Below, piece by piece: positions 17,443 to 26,349 of a stretch of 28,364 nt of DNA. The stretch covers positions 1 through 28,364 of the forward strand of contig JBIIGV010000030.1 of the NCBI GenBank assembly GCA_044236265.1, in the 5' to 3' direction. The position numbers and the translations under genes are program-made. The notes under the pieces were generated by a model. It worked only from the letters and a program-made list of their open reading frames with translations. It was not told the DNA's origin and searched no databases. The DNA comes from Oligoflexales bacterium. Its GTDB lineage: Bacteria; Bdellovibrionota_B; Oligoflexia; Oligoflexales; RGVZ01. The stretch's first letter is position 1, and each line of letters begins with the position of its first letter.

Positions 17443-17493
17443 TTAGAAGTTCATGTCAAATGCAACTTCGCCAGTAACGCCTACTTGATAGCT
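17443..17493 (-). pseudogene. nrdB: Out-of-frame C-terminal tail of nrdB (SYQVGVTGEVAFDMNF*)
   Basis: Minus strand reads …CCT TTT ATG T|AGC TAT CAA GTA GGC GTT ACT GGC GAA GTT GCA TTT GAC ATG AAC TTC TAA. This matches the YQV…FDxxF tail of actinobacterial/myxobacterial-type NrdB, shifted +1. Confidence 0.85.
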
Positions 17494-18424
17494 ACATAAA
17501 AGGGAATGGATTTTTGCTTCCAAATATTTGTCCAAGACCCAGGGTTCTTAGTCTTTGGTCAGCAATGAACTCCAAATATTGCCTCATGTTTTCGACAGTC
17601 ATTCCGGCTACATTTTTACCCAAGACGTCCTGAGCGAACTGCGTCTCGCAATCTACAGCTTCAACGAGCATTTCTTTAACGCGCTCAGCTAAAGTTGCAT
17701 CGAATAAGTCGGGCTCTTCTTCTCGAATGTTTCTGATAACCTCGAACGCAAACGCCATGTGCCCGCTTTCATCTCGGAAGACCCAGTTTGTTCCAGCTGC
17801 GAGACCGTGCAAGAGGCCACGATTCCTGAGGAAGTAGACATAAGCGAAGGCTGCGAAGAAGAATAGGCCTTCAATGCACGCAGCAAAGCAGATTAGATTT
17901 AATAAAAACCGCTGACGGTCTTCGCGCGTATGCAATTCATTAAGGTCGTTAATAGAGTCGATCCAGCGGTGACAGAAATCACCTTTCTTTTTGATCGATG
18001 GGATATTTTCGATAGCAGCAAATGCTTTAGCACGCTCCTCGTGATCCGGAACATATGTGTCCAGAAGCGTGAGGTAAAATTGTACGTGTAGTGCCTCCTC
18101 ATAAAGTTGTCGCGACAGATACATGCGCGCTTCAGGGGCGTTAATATGCTTGTAGAGATTTAGGACAAGATTATTTGAGACGATGGAATCGCCGGTAGCA
18201 AAAAATGCGACCAAGCGATTGATCAAGTGACGATCACCCTCGCTCATCTTGAGGCTTAGGTCAGCAAGATCCGTTGAAAAGTCAATTTCATCAACCGTCC
18301 AAGTGTTTTTAATTGCATTCTTGTACATTTCAAAAAACACCGGATACTTCATCGGGCGAAGAGTTAAATTGAATCCTGGGTTCAACAGGTTTGTACTATT
18401 TGGGGTAGTTTGTGTGTTCATCAT
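17492..18424 (-). CDS. nrdB: Class I ribonucleotide reductase beta subunit, C-terminally truncated by a premature TAG
   Basis: FFATGDSIV, EEALHVQFY, IEGLFF and RDESGH give the full di-metal ligand set and radical Tyr. Start overlaps the nrdA stop (ATGATG). ORF ends abruptly at KNPFPFM*. Confidence 0.93.
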   Translation of the reverse strand: MMNTQTTPNSTNLLNPGFNLTLRPMKYPVFFEMYKNAIKNTWTVDEIDFSTDLADLSLKMSEGDRHLINRLVAFFATGDSIVSNNLVLNLYKHINAPEARMYLSRQLYEEALHVQFYLTLLDTYVPDHEERAKAFAAIENIPSIKKKGDFCHRWIDSINDLNELHTREDRQRFLLNLICFAACIEGLFFFAAFAYVYFLRNRGLLHGLAAGTNWVFRDESGHMAFAFEVIRNIREEEPDLFDATLAERVKEMLVEAVDCETQFAQDVLGKNVAGMTVENMRQYLEFIADQRLRTLGLGQIFGSKNPFPFM

Positions 18425-20730
18425 TGACATGCCTCGCATGCTTCAGGGTTTTCGAGAGAACAAGCCAAAGCTTGCTCTGGAGTGAAAGATTTTTTTGGAC
18501 TTTCGCTTGGATTGCCGACAGTCGTATCAACGTTTACTTTGGCAATGCGGGTAGCCGGACGAGAGCGGAGATAGTACGTGGTTTTTAGGCCCTTTTTCCA
18601 GGCATACATGTACATCGATGAAAGAACCCCGATGTTCGGACTCTCTACAAAAAGATTCAGTGATTGACTTTGGTCGAGAAACGCCCCGCGATCGGCGGCC
18701 ATGTCGATCAGGCTGCGCATGGGGATTTCCCAAGCCGTGCGATAAATCGCCTTGAGATCAGCTGGAACTTCCTCGATCGTTTGGACTGAACCTTCGGCCA
18801 TTTTAATTTTGCTTCGGACGTCATCGTTCCAGAGTCCGCGCGCCTTCAAGTCCGAGACCAGGTAGCGATTTACCTGCAGGAACTCACCGGAAAGAGTTTC
18901 TCTTTTAAAGAGATTGCTGACTTGTGGTTCGATGCATTCGTAACTACCGACGATGGAGCCAATAGTGGCTGTTGGTGCGATTGCCAATAGTAGGCTATTG
19001 CGCAGTCCGCTTTTCATAATTCTCGAACGTAGCGTATTCCATTGTTCCGCTTTGTCCGAGGATGGCGACACGCCCCAACTGTCAAACTGCAGTTCGCCAC
19101 GAGCTGCTCTCGTTTCGGCGAAGGCGTCATGCGCTCCGAGTTGCTCAGCTAGCTCGACACTGGCCGTCAAAGCGGCAAGGTAAATTTCCTCCTGGACCTT
19201 TTTGTTAAATGCACGCGCGGCTTCACAGTCAAAAGGCCATCCCATAAGAAAATAAACGTCCTGTAGTCCCATGACTCCGAGGCCTACCGGGCGCCATCGC
19301 ATGTTTGAAGATTTGGCTGTCGGAATCGGATAAAAATTAAGGTCAATGACTCGATCAAGGTGCCGGATTGCAATTTTGACATTGCGGGTCAGCTTGCTCC
19401 AGTTGAAGGTTTTGTCTTTTTCTACATATGCAGAAAGATTGATGGATCCAAGATTGCAGACCGCGGTTTCGTCTTTATTGGTGACCTCAATGATTTCGGT
19501 ACATAGATTCGACAAATGTACTGTTCGGCCCCTCAGCGCGGTTTGGTTACACTTCTGATTGCTAGCGTCTTTGAATGTCATCCAGCCATTTCCGGTCTGA
19601 GCAAGTGTTCTCATCATGCGTGCATAGAGGTCCCGTGCTTTGACCTGCCGTGTGAATTTTCCGGATTTTTCTAAGGCGAGATAGGCCTCCTCGAATTCTT
19701 TTCCGTAAAGATCTACAAGCTCAGGAGCGATGGCTGGATCAAACAGACTCCACGTTTGATCGTCGGCAACGCGCTTCATGAAGAGGTCGGGTATCCAGTT
19801 GGCAAGATTTAAATTGTGAGCTCTACGCGCCTCGTCACCAGTATTTTCGCGTAGCTCCAGGAATTCCTCGATGTCAGCATGCCAGGTTTCAAGATAAACA
19901 CAGCAGGCTCCTTTGCGTTTACCTCCCTGGTTCACAGCGTTGACGCTTGAATCCAGCGTCTTTAGCCAAGGAATCACGCCATTGCTAAAGCCATTTGTAC
20001 TTTTGATCAGCGAGCCGCGACTTCTGACGCGACTGTATGACAGGCCGATACCTCCGGAAAACTTACTGAGTAATGCAGCGTCCTTGTATTTGTCGTAAAT
20101 ACTGAGGAGACTGTCTTCCGGAGAGTCCAATAGAAAACAAGATGATAGTTGTTCATGCGTTGTTCCTGCATTGAACAAAGTGGGTGAACTCGACATGAAC
20201 TCAAAGCTTGAATAGATGCCGTAGAGTTCGATGGCTTCCTCAAGAGTTTGTGACAGAGCACAGGCAACGCGCATGAAAAAATATTGCGGGGTTTCAATCA
20301 CCTCACGTGTGTGTGGGTGTTTTAAAAGATATCGGTCGTAGATGGTTCGTATGCCAAAATATTCGAAGCGGTAGTCCTGCTCCGGAATAATGGCAGCATT
20401 TAGAACATCGCAATACTGTTCCGCAAAGTTCATGAGGCGTTCATTCACAAGTCCGTGTGATCTGCCCGCCATCAAACTGTCTTTAAATGACATAATGCCC
20501 TGAAGGCTTACTTCTTCGGAAATCCAAGCAGAAAGCTTTTGAGCGGCGATCTTGCTGTGGGAGGGGTCTTCGAAAATCAAACCTGCATGATGCTGAATGT
20601 CCACCATTACGGTGTCTTTTCGCTGCTTACGTTCGGATAGAGATGAAGATGGTTGGGCCTGATCCTCTTTTGGAGGATTTGGGCGGCTTGTCGCTCTTGT
20701 CTGAACGGAAGAAACGTCGAAATTTTGCAT
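18421..20730 (-). CDS. nrdA: Class I ribonucleotide reductase alpha subunit (769 aa, no complete ATP-cone)
   Basis: SSPTLFNAG, LSSCFL, SNLCTEI, AVCNLGS, AIAPTAT, KTTYYLR, C-terminal CSLENPEACEACQ. Start reassigned to ATG 20730 (SD GGGGAGGG). Confidence 0.96.
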   Translation of the reverse strand: MQNFDVSSVQTRATSRPNPPKEDQAQPSSSLSERKQRKDTVMVDIQHHAGLIFEDPSHSKIAAQKLSAWISEEVSLQGIMSFKDSLMAGRSHGLVNERLMNFAEQYCDVLNAAIIPEQDYRFEYFGIRTIYDRYLLKHPHTREVIETPQYFFMRVACALSQTLEEAIELYGIYSSFEFMSSSPTLFNAGTTHEQLSSCFLLDSPEDSLLSIYDKYKDAALLSKFSGGIGLSYSRVRSRGSLIKSTNGFSNGVIPWLKTLDSSVNAVNQGGKRKGACCVYLETWHADIEEFLELRENTGDEARRAHNLNLANWIPDLFMKRVADDQTWSLFDPAIAPELVDLYGKEFEEAYLALEKSGKFTRQVKARDLYARMMRTLAQTGNGWMTFKDASNQKCNQTALRGRTVHLSNLCTEIIEVTNKDETAVCNLGSINLSAYVEKDKTFNWSKLTRNVKIAIRHLDRVIDLNFYPIPTAKSSNMRWRPVGLGVMGLQDVYFLMGWPFDCEAARAFNKKVQEEIYLAALTASVELAEQLGAHDAFAETRAARGELQFDSWGVSPSSDKAEQWNTLRSRIMKSGLRNSLLLAIAPTATIGSIVGSYECIEPQVSNLFKRETLSGEFLQVNRYLVSDLKARGLWNDDVRSKIKMAEGSVQTIEEVPADLKAIYRTAWEIPMRSLIDMAADRGAFLDQSQSLNLFVESPNIGVLSSMYMYAWKKGLKTTYYLRSRPATRIAKVNVDTTVGNPSESPKKSFTPEQALACSLENPEACEACQ

Positions 20731-20825
20731 AAAGGAACCCTCCCCTGGGTAAGCCCAAAGATTGAACAGAATGACTTGCGATGATGGGCTGTTACACCCA
20801 AATTTGAGATCGTGCTCTAAGGAAA

Positions 20826-20855
20826 AGGATAAGGCAGATAGTGTTTTAATGTCAA
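20826..20855 (-). promoter_or_regulatory. sigma70-type promoter of nrdAB
   Basis: Minus strand TTGACA-N18-TATCCT, about 95 nt upstream of the nrdA ATG. Confidence 0.6.
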
Positions 20856-20861
20856 CGTCAG

Positions 20862-20877
20862 ACACTACCGGTAGTGT
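20862..20877. promoter_or_regulatory. NrdR box (plus a degenerate second box at about 20829-20844)
   Basis: Perfect 16-bp palindrome ACACTACCGGTAGTGT versus consensus acaCwAtATaTwGtgt, just upstream of the -35. A half-matching ACACTATCTGCCTTAT (minus strand) lies 33 bp away in the promoter spacer. Confidence 0.7.
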
Positions 20878-21031
20878 TGTGGAATTGGGCAGCAGTGTAT
20901 GAAGTGCCCGGTATTTATGGCTTTGCACAACTCAAAAAAATTTTTGTCCACAGGTTACCCCAAGGTCCCTTCACCATGGAGGATGTGTGGGATTTTTGAT
21001 CCTATTGAAAGAGTTTCCCGTTTTTTTGGCT

Positions 21032-21058
21032 TCAAGGTGTGCTCTGCATTGCCGATAC
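21032..21058 (+). promoter_or_regulatory. sigma28 (FliA)-like promoter
   Basis: TCAAG-N14-GCCGATAC, 33 nt upstream of ATG 21092. Confidence 0.72.
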
Positions 21059-21091
21059 CGTCAAAGGATTCCAATGAGTTAGGAATATTTG

Positions 21092-22738
21092 ATGAGTCAT
21101 CCGGCAGCCAATTTGTATTTTGCCAGTCCACACCCATGGTCTTCGGCCATCCGCTCGTTCGCGGAACTGTCGTTTTTGGCTTTGGTCGTTCAAATTGAAG
21201 ACGCGGAGCACGCGTTTGCCCAATTACGATATGCCAATCACAAAGGGATGGATGAGTCCGAGCATATGGCTGTGGCGCAGCGTCTGAAAAGTGTTTTCTC
21301 CCGATGCGTGGTTATCGACGCCACTCCAACGTTTTTACAATCGATAGATAGAAAAACTCTGCACGCAGCAACGATTCACATACGCAAGCAGTTGATGGAT
21401 CTGAGTGTGCCAAAAGGAGTGGATTTACTAAGAGGTTTGATCACTGGAACGCCTATGCCCAACTGCATATTGCCGAATACGGTACGCACGCCAAAGATGC
21501 GATTGACTATTCATGCTCGCGATGGGCAGTCCGGACACCTGCAGATTCTTCTGACGTCCTCGCTCGATGTTGACACCAACCCTCCTCTGATCGGAAGCAA
21601 CTTGCTACTTTCATTGCTCGATTCATCAGCGCCTTTGCTGGTCTGCATCGGTCTTGATGGACAGATCTCGTACTTGAACCATGGCATGGCAGAGATAACC
21701 GGGGCTCAGATTTTTGGTAGAAAAACTCAGATATCAGACATCCTCACTCACGAAAGCGCAGTGAGGTTTACCCAAGTTTCAACCATGATTTCCATGTCTG
21801 GCCGACCTTGGCATGGTTTTCTTGAGGTTATGCGTCCTGACACCGGTGCGACAACGTTCGTCCAATGTCGTGTCGACTTAGTCAGGGATCATGCGGAGCA
21901 AAGGACTTTGGGCTATGTGATCTCCGGACAGAAGGCCCCTCATACCGGGCGCAGTTCAAGCATGGAGTCGCAAAATGCCGAAGCGATCAGCCAAAGCGCC
22001 CGTTTTGAAATTGTCGGTAAAATCGCTGCTGACATGATTTATGACGCAACCGGTTCACTTGGAGTCATACAGAATGCGTCCGAAGAACTGAAATTACTCG
22101 CTAAGGAGAATACGACACAGGATCTGAGTTTTATTAAAGATCCGGTGCGTCATCAGGCTCAGCGTATTTCTATGATGAGTCATAGGGTTCAAAGTATTGT
22201 CGATGTCATTGATGGATTAGCCCGCGATGGAGCGCAAGAAAAGAACGATCACGTAAGTTTGAACGATCTCCTCGCTGAGGTGTCAGACATTGTTCAGCAC
22301 TTTGCAAAAAATATCGGCGTTTCCGTGGAAGTAGAACGTCCTCAGCAGGTGTTGACGGTTCCTATGCAACGTTTACGTATCGGCCAAGTGCTTACAAATT
22401 TGCTCATAAACGCGTGTGAGGCTGTAAAAGGTGGCCCTGGCTGCCTGGTTAAGCTGGCCATCATTTGTGATGAAGAGTGGATTTATATTGCGGTAACCAA
22501 TGCTGGACGACCGATTCCAGCTGAGACAAGGATGAGGCTGTTTGAGCCCGATTTTTCAACAAAAAAAGGCGGTCTTAGAACCGGGGTTGGCCTTTTTGCC
22601 TCCCGTCAAATCGCTCGTGAGCACGGCGGAGATTTGTACTTCGATGATACGAGCGAGCTAACCCGCTTTGTTCTTGAGCTGCCATTGCTCAAACCGACCA
22701 CAGCAAATCAAGATGATGATAGCTGGGAGGAAATTTGA
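21092..22738 (+). CDS. Cytoplasmic PAS-domain histidine-kinase-like protein lacking the phospho-acceptor His
   Basis: PAS segment (LLDSSAPLLVCIGLDGQISYLNHGMAEITG) and HATPase boxes (QVLTNLLINACEA, LFEPDFSTK, TGVGL, AREHGG). H-box region reads VGKIAADMIYDATGSL. No obvious TM helices. Confidence 0.85.
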   Translation: MSHPAANLYFASPHPWSSAIRSFAELSFLALVVQIEDAEHAFAQLRYANHKGMDESEHMAVAQRLKSVFSRCVVIDATPTFLQSIDRKTLHAATIHIRKQLMDLSVPKGVDLLRGLITGTPMPNCILPNTVRTPKMRLTIHARDGQSGHLQILLTSSLDVDTNPPLIGSNLLLSLLDSSAPLLVCIGLDGQISYLNHGMAEITGAQIFGRKTQISDILTHESAVRFTQVSTMISMSGRPWHGFLEVMRPDTGATTFVQCRVDLVRDHAEQRTLGYVISGQKAPHTGRSSSMESQNAEAISQSARFEIVGKIAADMIYDATGSLGVIQNASEELKLLAKENTTQDLSFIKDPVRHQAQRISMMSHRVQSIVDVIDGLARDGAQEKNDHVSLNDLLAEVSDIVQHFAKNIGVSVEVERPQQVLTVPMQRLRIGQVLTNLLINACEAVKGGPGCLVKLAIICDEEWIYIAVTNAGRPIPAETRMRLFEPDFSTKKGGLRTGVGLFASRQIAREHGGDLYFDDTSELTRFVLELPLLKPTTANQDDDSWEEI

Positions 22739-22830
22739 TTGTGTCAAAAAACGTCACATGGACGTTTTGAGGCTTGTTTGTTAGTATTTAAACCGGCATT
22801 TGATGCTGGGAGTCTTGAGGAGGACTAGAC

Positions 22831-23442
22831 ATGGAAAACAAAACGATAGCGGTAGATGTAGTGAACCAAATTGGCCTAGATCAGATGACCCAGCATCTGA
22901 CCGAGCAGCGGTTGCTTGATAAGCGGACGATTTTCGTCAGTGAAGGCATAAATTCAGCAGTCGCGAAGCGCGTCATCAATCAGCTACTAGCCCTTGAGTT
23001 GGAGAAGCCAAATACTCCGATAAATTTATTTTTGAATAGTCCAGGCGGAGAGGTAAACAGTGGTTTTGCCATCTACGATACAATTCGTTTCCTGTCATCG
23101 GACGTTCGTATTATTAACACCGGACTTTGCGCATCTATTGCAACGATCATTAATATCGCGGCAAAAAAGCAGCATCGATTTTCGATGCCTAACTGTAAAT
23201 TTTTGATCCATCAGCCATTGATACCTGGACAGATTTACGGACAGGCATCGGATATCGAAATTCACGCTCGAGAAATCCTTAAAACTCGTCAGAAAATCAA
23301 TGAGTTACTATCGAAAGAGTGTGGGCAGCCTCTTAACAAAGTTGAGAAGGATACCACTCGCGATTACTGGATGAATGCCGGTGAAGCCCTTGAATATGGT
23401 CTCGTGACAAAAATTATAGAAAACATCTCCGACGTACGCTAA
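22831..23442 (+). CDS. clpP: ATP-dependent Clp protease proteolytic subunit
   Basis: LFLNSPGG, GFAIYDTI, triad motifs GLCASIA (Ser), LIHQP (His), RDYWM (Asp). SD GAGGAGG. Confidence 0.93.
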   Translation: MENKTIAVDVVNQIGLDQMTQHLTEQRLLDKRTIFVSEGINSAVAKRVINQLLALELEKPNTPINLFLNSPGGEVNSGFAIYDTIRFLSSDVRIINTGLCASIATIINIAAKKQHRFSMPNCKFLIHQPLIPGQIYGQASDIEIHAREILKTRQKINELLSKECGQPLNKVEKDTTRDYWMNAGEALEYGLVTKIIENISDVR

Positions 23443-23462
23443 TGTTGCCGGTCTCCAGGTTC

Positions 23463-23547
23463 GCGAAGATGGTGGAATTGGTAGACACGCTGGTCTCAGA
23501 AGCCAGTGCTGAGAGGCTTGGGGGTTCAAGTCCCCCTCTTCGCACCA
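23463..23547 (+). tRNA. tRNA-Leu (anticodon CAG)
   Basis: Acceptor GCGAAGA/TCTTCGC plus ACCA, D-arm GTGGAATTGGTAGACAC, anticodon arm CTGGT-CTCAGAA-GCCAG, long variable arm, T-arm GGGGG-TTCAAGT-CCCCC. Confidence 0.96.
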
Positions 23548-23588
23548 CATTGATTCACGCCGCAGTCACTTGAAAGTGCGGTGACTCA

Positions 23589-25421
23589 TTGCAGATTAAA
23601 TCCATTGATTCTGAAAACTCTAGACTTTCCGCTCGTCAGCAGATCGCTAAGTCTTTGCGACCTTGGCGCCTTCGCGTTTATGCGGCAAATATTGCGGCCC
23701 TGACTCTCGGCCTTTTGGCAGCAACCCTTGGTGTTTTAATTGGACCTGCGTTGAAACTGCTGCTGTCCCCTGAGCTTCAATACTTGACGTGGAGCGATCT
23801 GTTTGGACCCGCATGGGGTTCGTCTATTACGGCTTATTCAGCAAGCCCTGGGGTATCTGCCTCCTCTGTTTACTTTTGGTTGCCGTTTGCACTTTTAACT
23901 ATCGCAACTGTGAAATCGTTTTTGACGTTTTGGCAATGGTACACCTGGGAAAAACTGGGAGAGCTTCTAGCTTATGGCTGGCGTCAAAACTTGGTGGAAT
24001 CTTTTGTGAATGTGAGTTCTGGGCAACGCGATGACGGGCATATTAAAAATTGTGAGATGCAGCTCGGAGGTCTTATGTCACAAGACATCCGCACTTGCCG
24101 CGATTATGTAGTGCATTTTTTTGGCGGATTGCCCCGCGAAGGGTTCCAAGTTGTTTTTCTGGCGACGTCTCTGTGTGTATTATCTCCGAAATTATTTTTT
24201 ATCTTTTTTTTCTGTTTGGCACCGGTTGTGATTCTTTTGAGTCGACTAGGAAAAAAGTTACGTAAACGCGCGTCAGCTGCCTTGGCTGATAACTCCCTGT
24301 TGGGAGAATGGATCCAGCAGCGCCTGCTTGGAATCGAGACTATCAAGCAGTTTCAGACTGAAAAATCCGAGGTGAGTGCGATGCGCTTACTTAGTCAGGA
24401 CTTATTTGAAAGATTTCTCAGAGCAGCACGATTAAAGGCAAGGACGTCACCGCTCATTGAGTTTTTGGGTGTTGCGGGAATGGCTGTTGTACTTGCAATT
24501 GCTTTCTCAGATATTGCTAACAATCAGCTCTCTGGATCTGTGGCCATGTCTTTTTTCTCTAGTTTGGCTTTACTGGGGCAATCTGCGGCCAAGATGGGGC
24601 GCTACTTTAATAGCAATCGTGAGGGAATGGCTGCAGCAGAGAGAATTTTCACTGCAGAGCACGCATTTCGAGTCGCAGGTCAGACCAACTCTTCGCATAT
24701 CGTTTTTAAGGAAACGTCTGATAAATCATTTTTAAAACTTAAAAACGTATCTCTAACCTATGGCAAGACGACGGCCTTGCATCAATTCAGCTATAAATTT
24801 GAATCAGGACGAGTCTATTGTCTCGTTGGCCGGTCTGGTGCCGGCAAGAGTAGCGTGTTTAATGCAATTTTAGGATTAAGGCCTCCAGTGGAGGGTGCTA
24901 TTGAAGGAGCGATCTCGGCACACTTTAAGGATCGCACGTTGGACGTGGCTTATTTGCCTCAAGCGTTACCCGTGATTTCTGCGACGTTGGGTGAGATAGT
25001 CTCCTATCCTCTATTAACGCATGATGTCAAACGAGCTCAACGAGCCCTTGATGTTGCCCATTTCGCTGTGGATCACGATAGGATTTCGCAGGGCCTTCAG
25101 ACGGTCGTCGGCCCTGGTGGGGTCCAGCTTTCGGGCGGTCAACTGCAGCGACTGCAGCTCTCTCGCCTTGTGTATCATCATGCTCCATTTGTACTAGTCG
25201 ATGAGGGAACGAGTGCGCTAGATCCAGAGTTGGAAAGTGTCGTGCTCGATTTTGTTCGAGATTTGGCAAAAAATGGGGCTGTGGTGCTGATGATTGCTCA
25301 TCGGCAGTCAGCGGTTGATGCCTGTGATGAACTTCTTTTGCTTGAGGATGGTCGACTTGTAGCTGCCGGAGATCGGGCAGAGGTTTCAAAAAGCCAGTCA
25401 TTTAAAGACGTCTTCAGATAA
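23589..25421 (+). CDS. ABC exporter, fused permease/ATPase (MsbA-like)
   Basis: N-terminal TM domain, Walker A GRSGAGKS, signature LSGGQ, Walker B VLVDEGTSALD, IAHR. TTG start uncertain. Confidence 0.9.
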   Translation: MQIKSIDSENSRLSARQQIAKSLRPWRLRVYAANIAALTLGLLAATLGVLIGPALKLLLSPELQYLTWSDLFGPAWGSSITAYSASPGVSASSVYFWLPFALLTIATVKSFLTFWQWYTWEKLGELLAYGWRQNLVESFVNVSSGQRDDGHIKNCEMQLGGLMSQDIRTCRDYVVHFFGGLPREGFQVVFLATSLCVLSPKLFFIFFFCLAPVVILLSRLGKKLRKRASAALADNSLLGEWIQQRLLGIETIKQFQTEKSEVSAMRLLSQDLFERFLRAARLKARTSPLIEFLGVAGMAVVLAIAFSDIANNQLSGSVAMSFFSSLALLGQSAAKMGRYFNSNREGMAAAERIFTAEHAFRVAGQTNSSHIVFKETSDKSFLKLKNVSLTYGKTTALHQFSYKFESGRVYCLVGRSGAGKSSVFNAILGLRPPVEGAIEGAISAHFKDRTLDVAYLPQALPVISATLGEIVSYPLLTHDVKRAQRALDVAHFAVDHDRISQGLQTVVGPGGVQLSGGQLQRLQLSRLVYHHAPFVLVDEGTSALDPELESVVLDFVRDLAKNGAVVLMIAHRQSAVDACDELLLLEDGRLVAAGDRAEVSKSQSFKDVFR

Positions 25422-25440
25422 ATGTCATTTGGAATGGAGT

Positions 25441-26301
25441 ATGAGGCAATCGGTTGTTGATATTAAAATGAACCCGGGAACTCGCACCTACGTGATCGGG
25501 GACATTCACGGTTGCTATCAGGAGCTTCTGGCTCTCGAAAAGCGGATTAGAATGCTGGCTGCCCGTTCTAAAATCGAGACAGTCAGGTTTCTGTCACTTG
25601 GTGATTTGTGTGATCGCGGTCCAGACACCAAAGAGGTCATCGAGCACTTTGTAAATGGTAAAGCTGCGGGCACTCATGACGTGATCTTAGGTAATCATGA
25701 AACATTTTTTCTATTGGCATTTGCAGGTCTCAGACGTGATCTTTTAACCGCGGCATCGGTTGAACTGTCCTGGTATCACGAGAGCCTATTCAAGCTTTTT
25801 CGAGCGCAGATGACGAATATCGCAGCTTGGCGCCAAAACGGTGGCCGGTCAGTGTTTGAGAGCTACGGTGCAAATATCGATGATCTGGATTCTTGGGATA
25901 GAGTGCCATCGTCTCATCTCAAACTTCTTTTTGAAGCGCCGCTGGTTTTTCGCGGACCGAATGTTTTGATCAGTCACGCTTTGATGGGCGTCGGAGATCT
26001 TGCTTTGCTTGAAGCAAAGGATCATGGGCAGCCGGTGGATGAGCGTGAGCTACATGCCGCAGTCGTTCGCTGTCTTTGGGAGCGTGAGTATCCGCAAGCA
26101 ATGGTGGTTGAGGGTGGACGACATATTTCAGGTCATACACCGCTGGTCAGAGTTATTCGTGAAAAACAGGCCGGCACCATCCAAATTGACACGGGGGCAG
26201 TTTACGGAGGTCAATTGTCTGCAATTGATCTGAAGTCCCTGCGGGTGACTGCGGTCAAGTCACAGTTTTCTTGCCGAGAAAAAGTCGAGAAAAAAATTTA
26301 A
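25441..26301 (+). CDS. Metallophosphoesterase, PPP/ApaH-PrpA-like family
   Basis: GDIHG, GDLCDRG, GNHE, ISHA, GHTP, IDTGAVYGG. Start could be 25429, 25441 or 25468. Confidence 0.9.
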   Translation: MRQSVVDIKMNPGTRTYVIGDIHGCYQELLALEKRIRMLAARSKIETVRFLSLGDLCDRGPDTKEVIEHFVNGKAAGTHDVILGNHETFFLLAFAGLRRDLLTAASVELSWYHESLFKLFRAQMTNIAAWRQNGGRSVFESYGANIDDLDSWDRVPSSHLKLLFEAPLVFRGPNVLISHALMGVGDLALLEAKDHGQPVDERELHAAVVRCLWEREYPQAMVVEGGRHISGHTPLVRVIREKQAGTIQIDTGAVYGGQLSAIDLKSLRVTAVKSQFSCREKVEKKI

Positions 26302-26349
26302 ACAAGCTTAAGCGACCTCATAAGTTCCCTGACAGTCCTAAAGTTAAAA

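Noticed and set aside
17456..17494. Stop-codon readthrough or recoding of the nrdB TAG
   Set aside because: In-frame continuation gives LSSRRYWRSCI*, which is not NrdB-like, and TAG ends other genes normally here (681, 26424).
20731..20928. 66-aa N-terminal extension of NrdA in the ORF track
   Set aside because: It overlaps the promoter and NrdR box, shows no ATP-cone similarity, and a strong SD precedes ATG 20730.
20878..20995. Replication origin suggested by DnaA-box-like sequences
   Set aside because: Only one near-consensus box, no dnaA/dnaN/gidA context and no clear unwinding element; better explained as nrdAB regulation.
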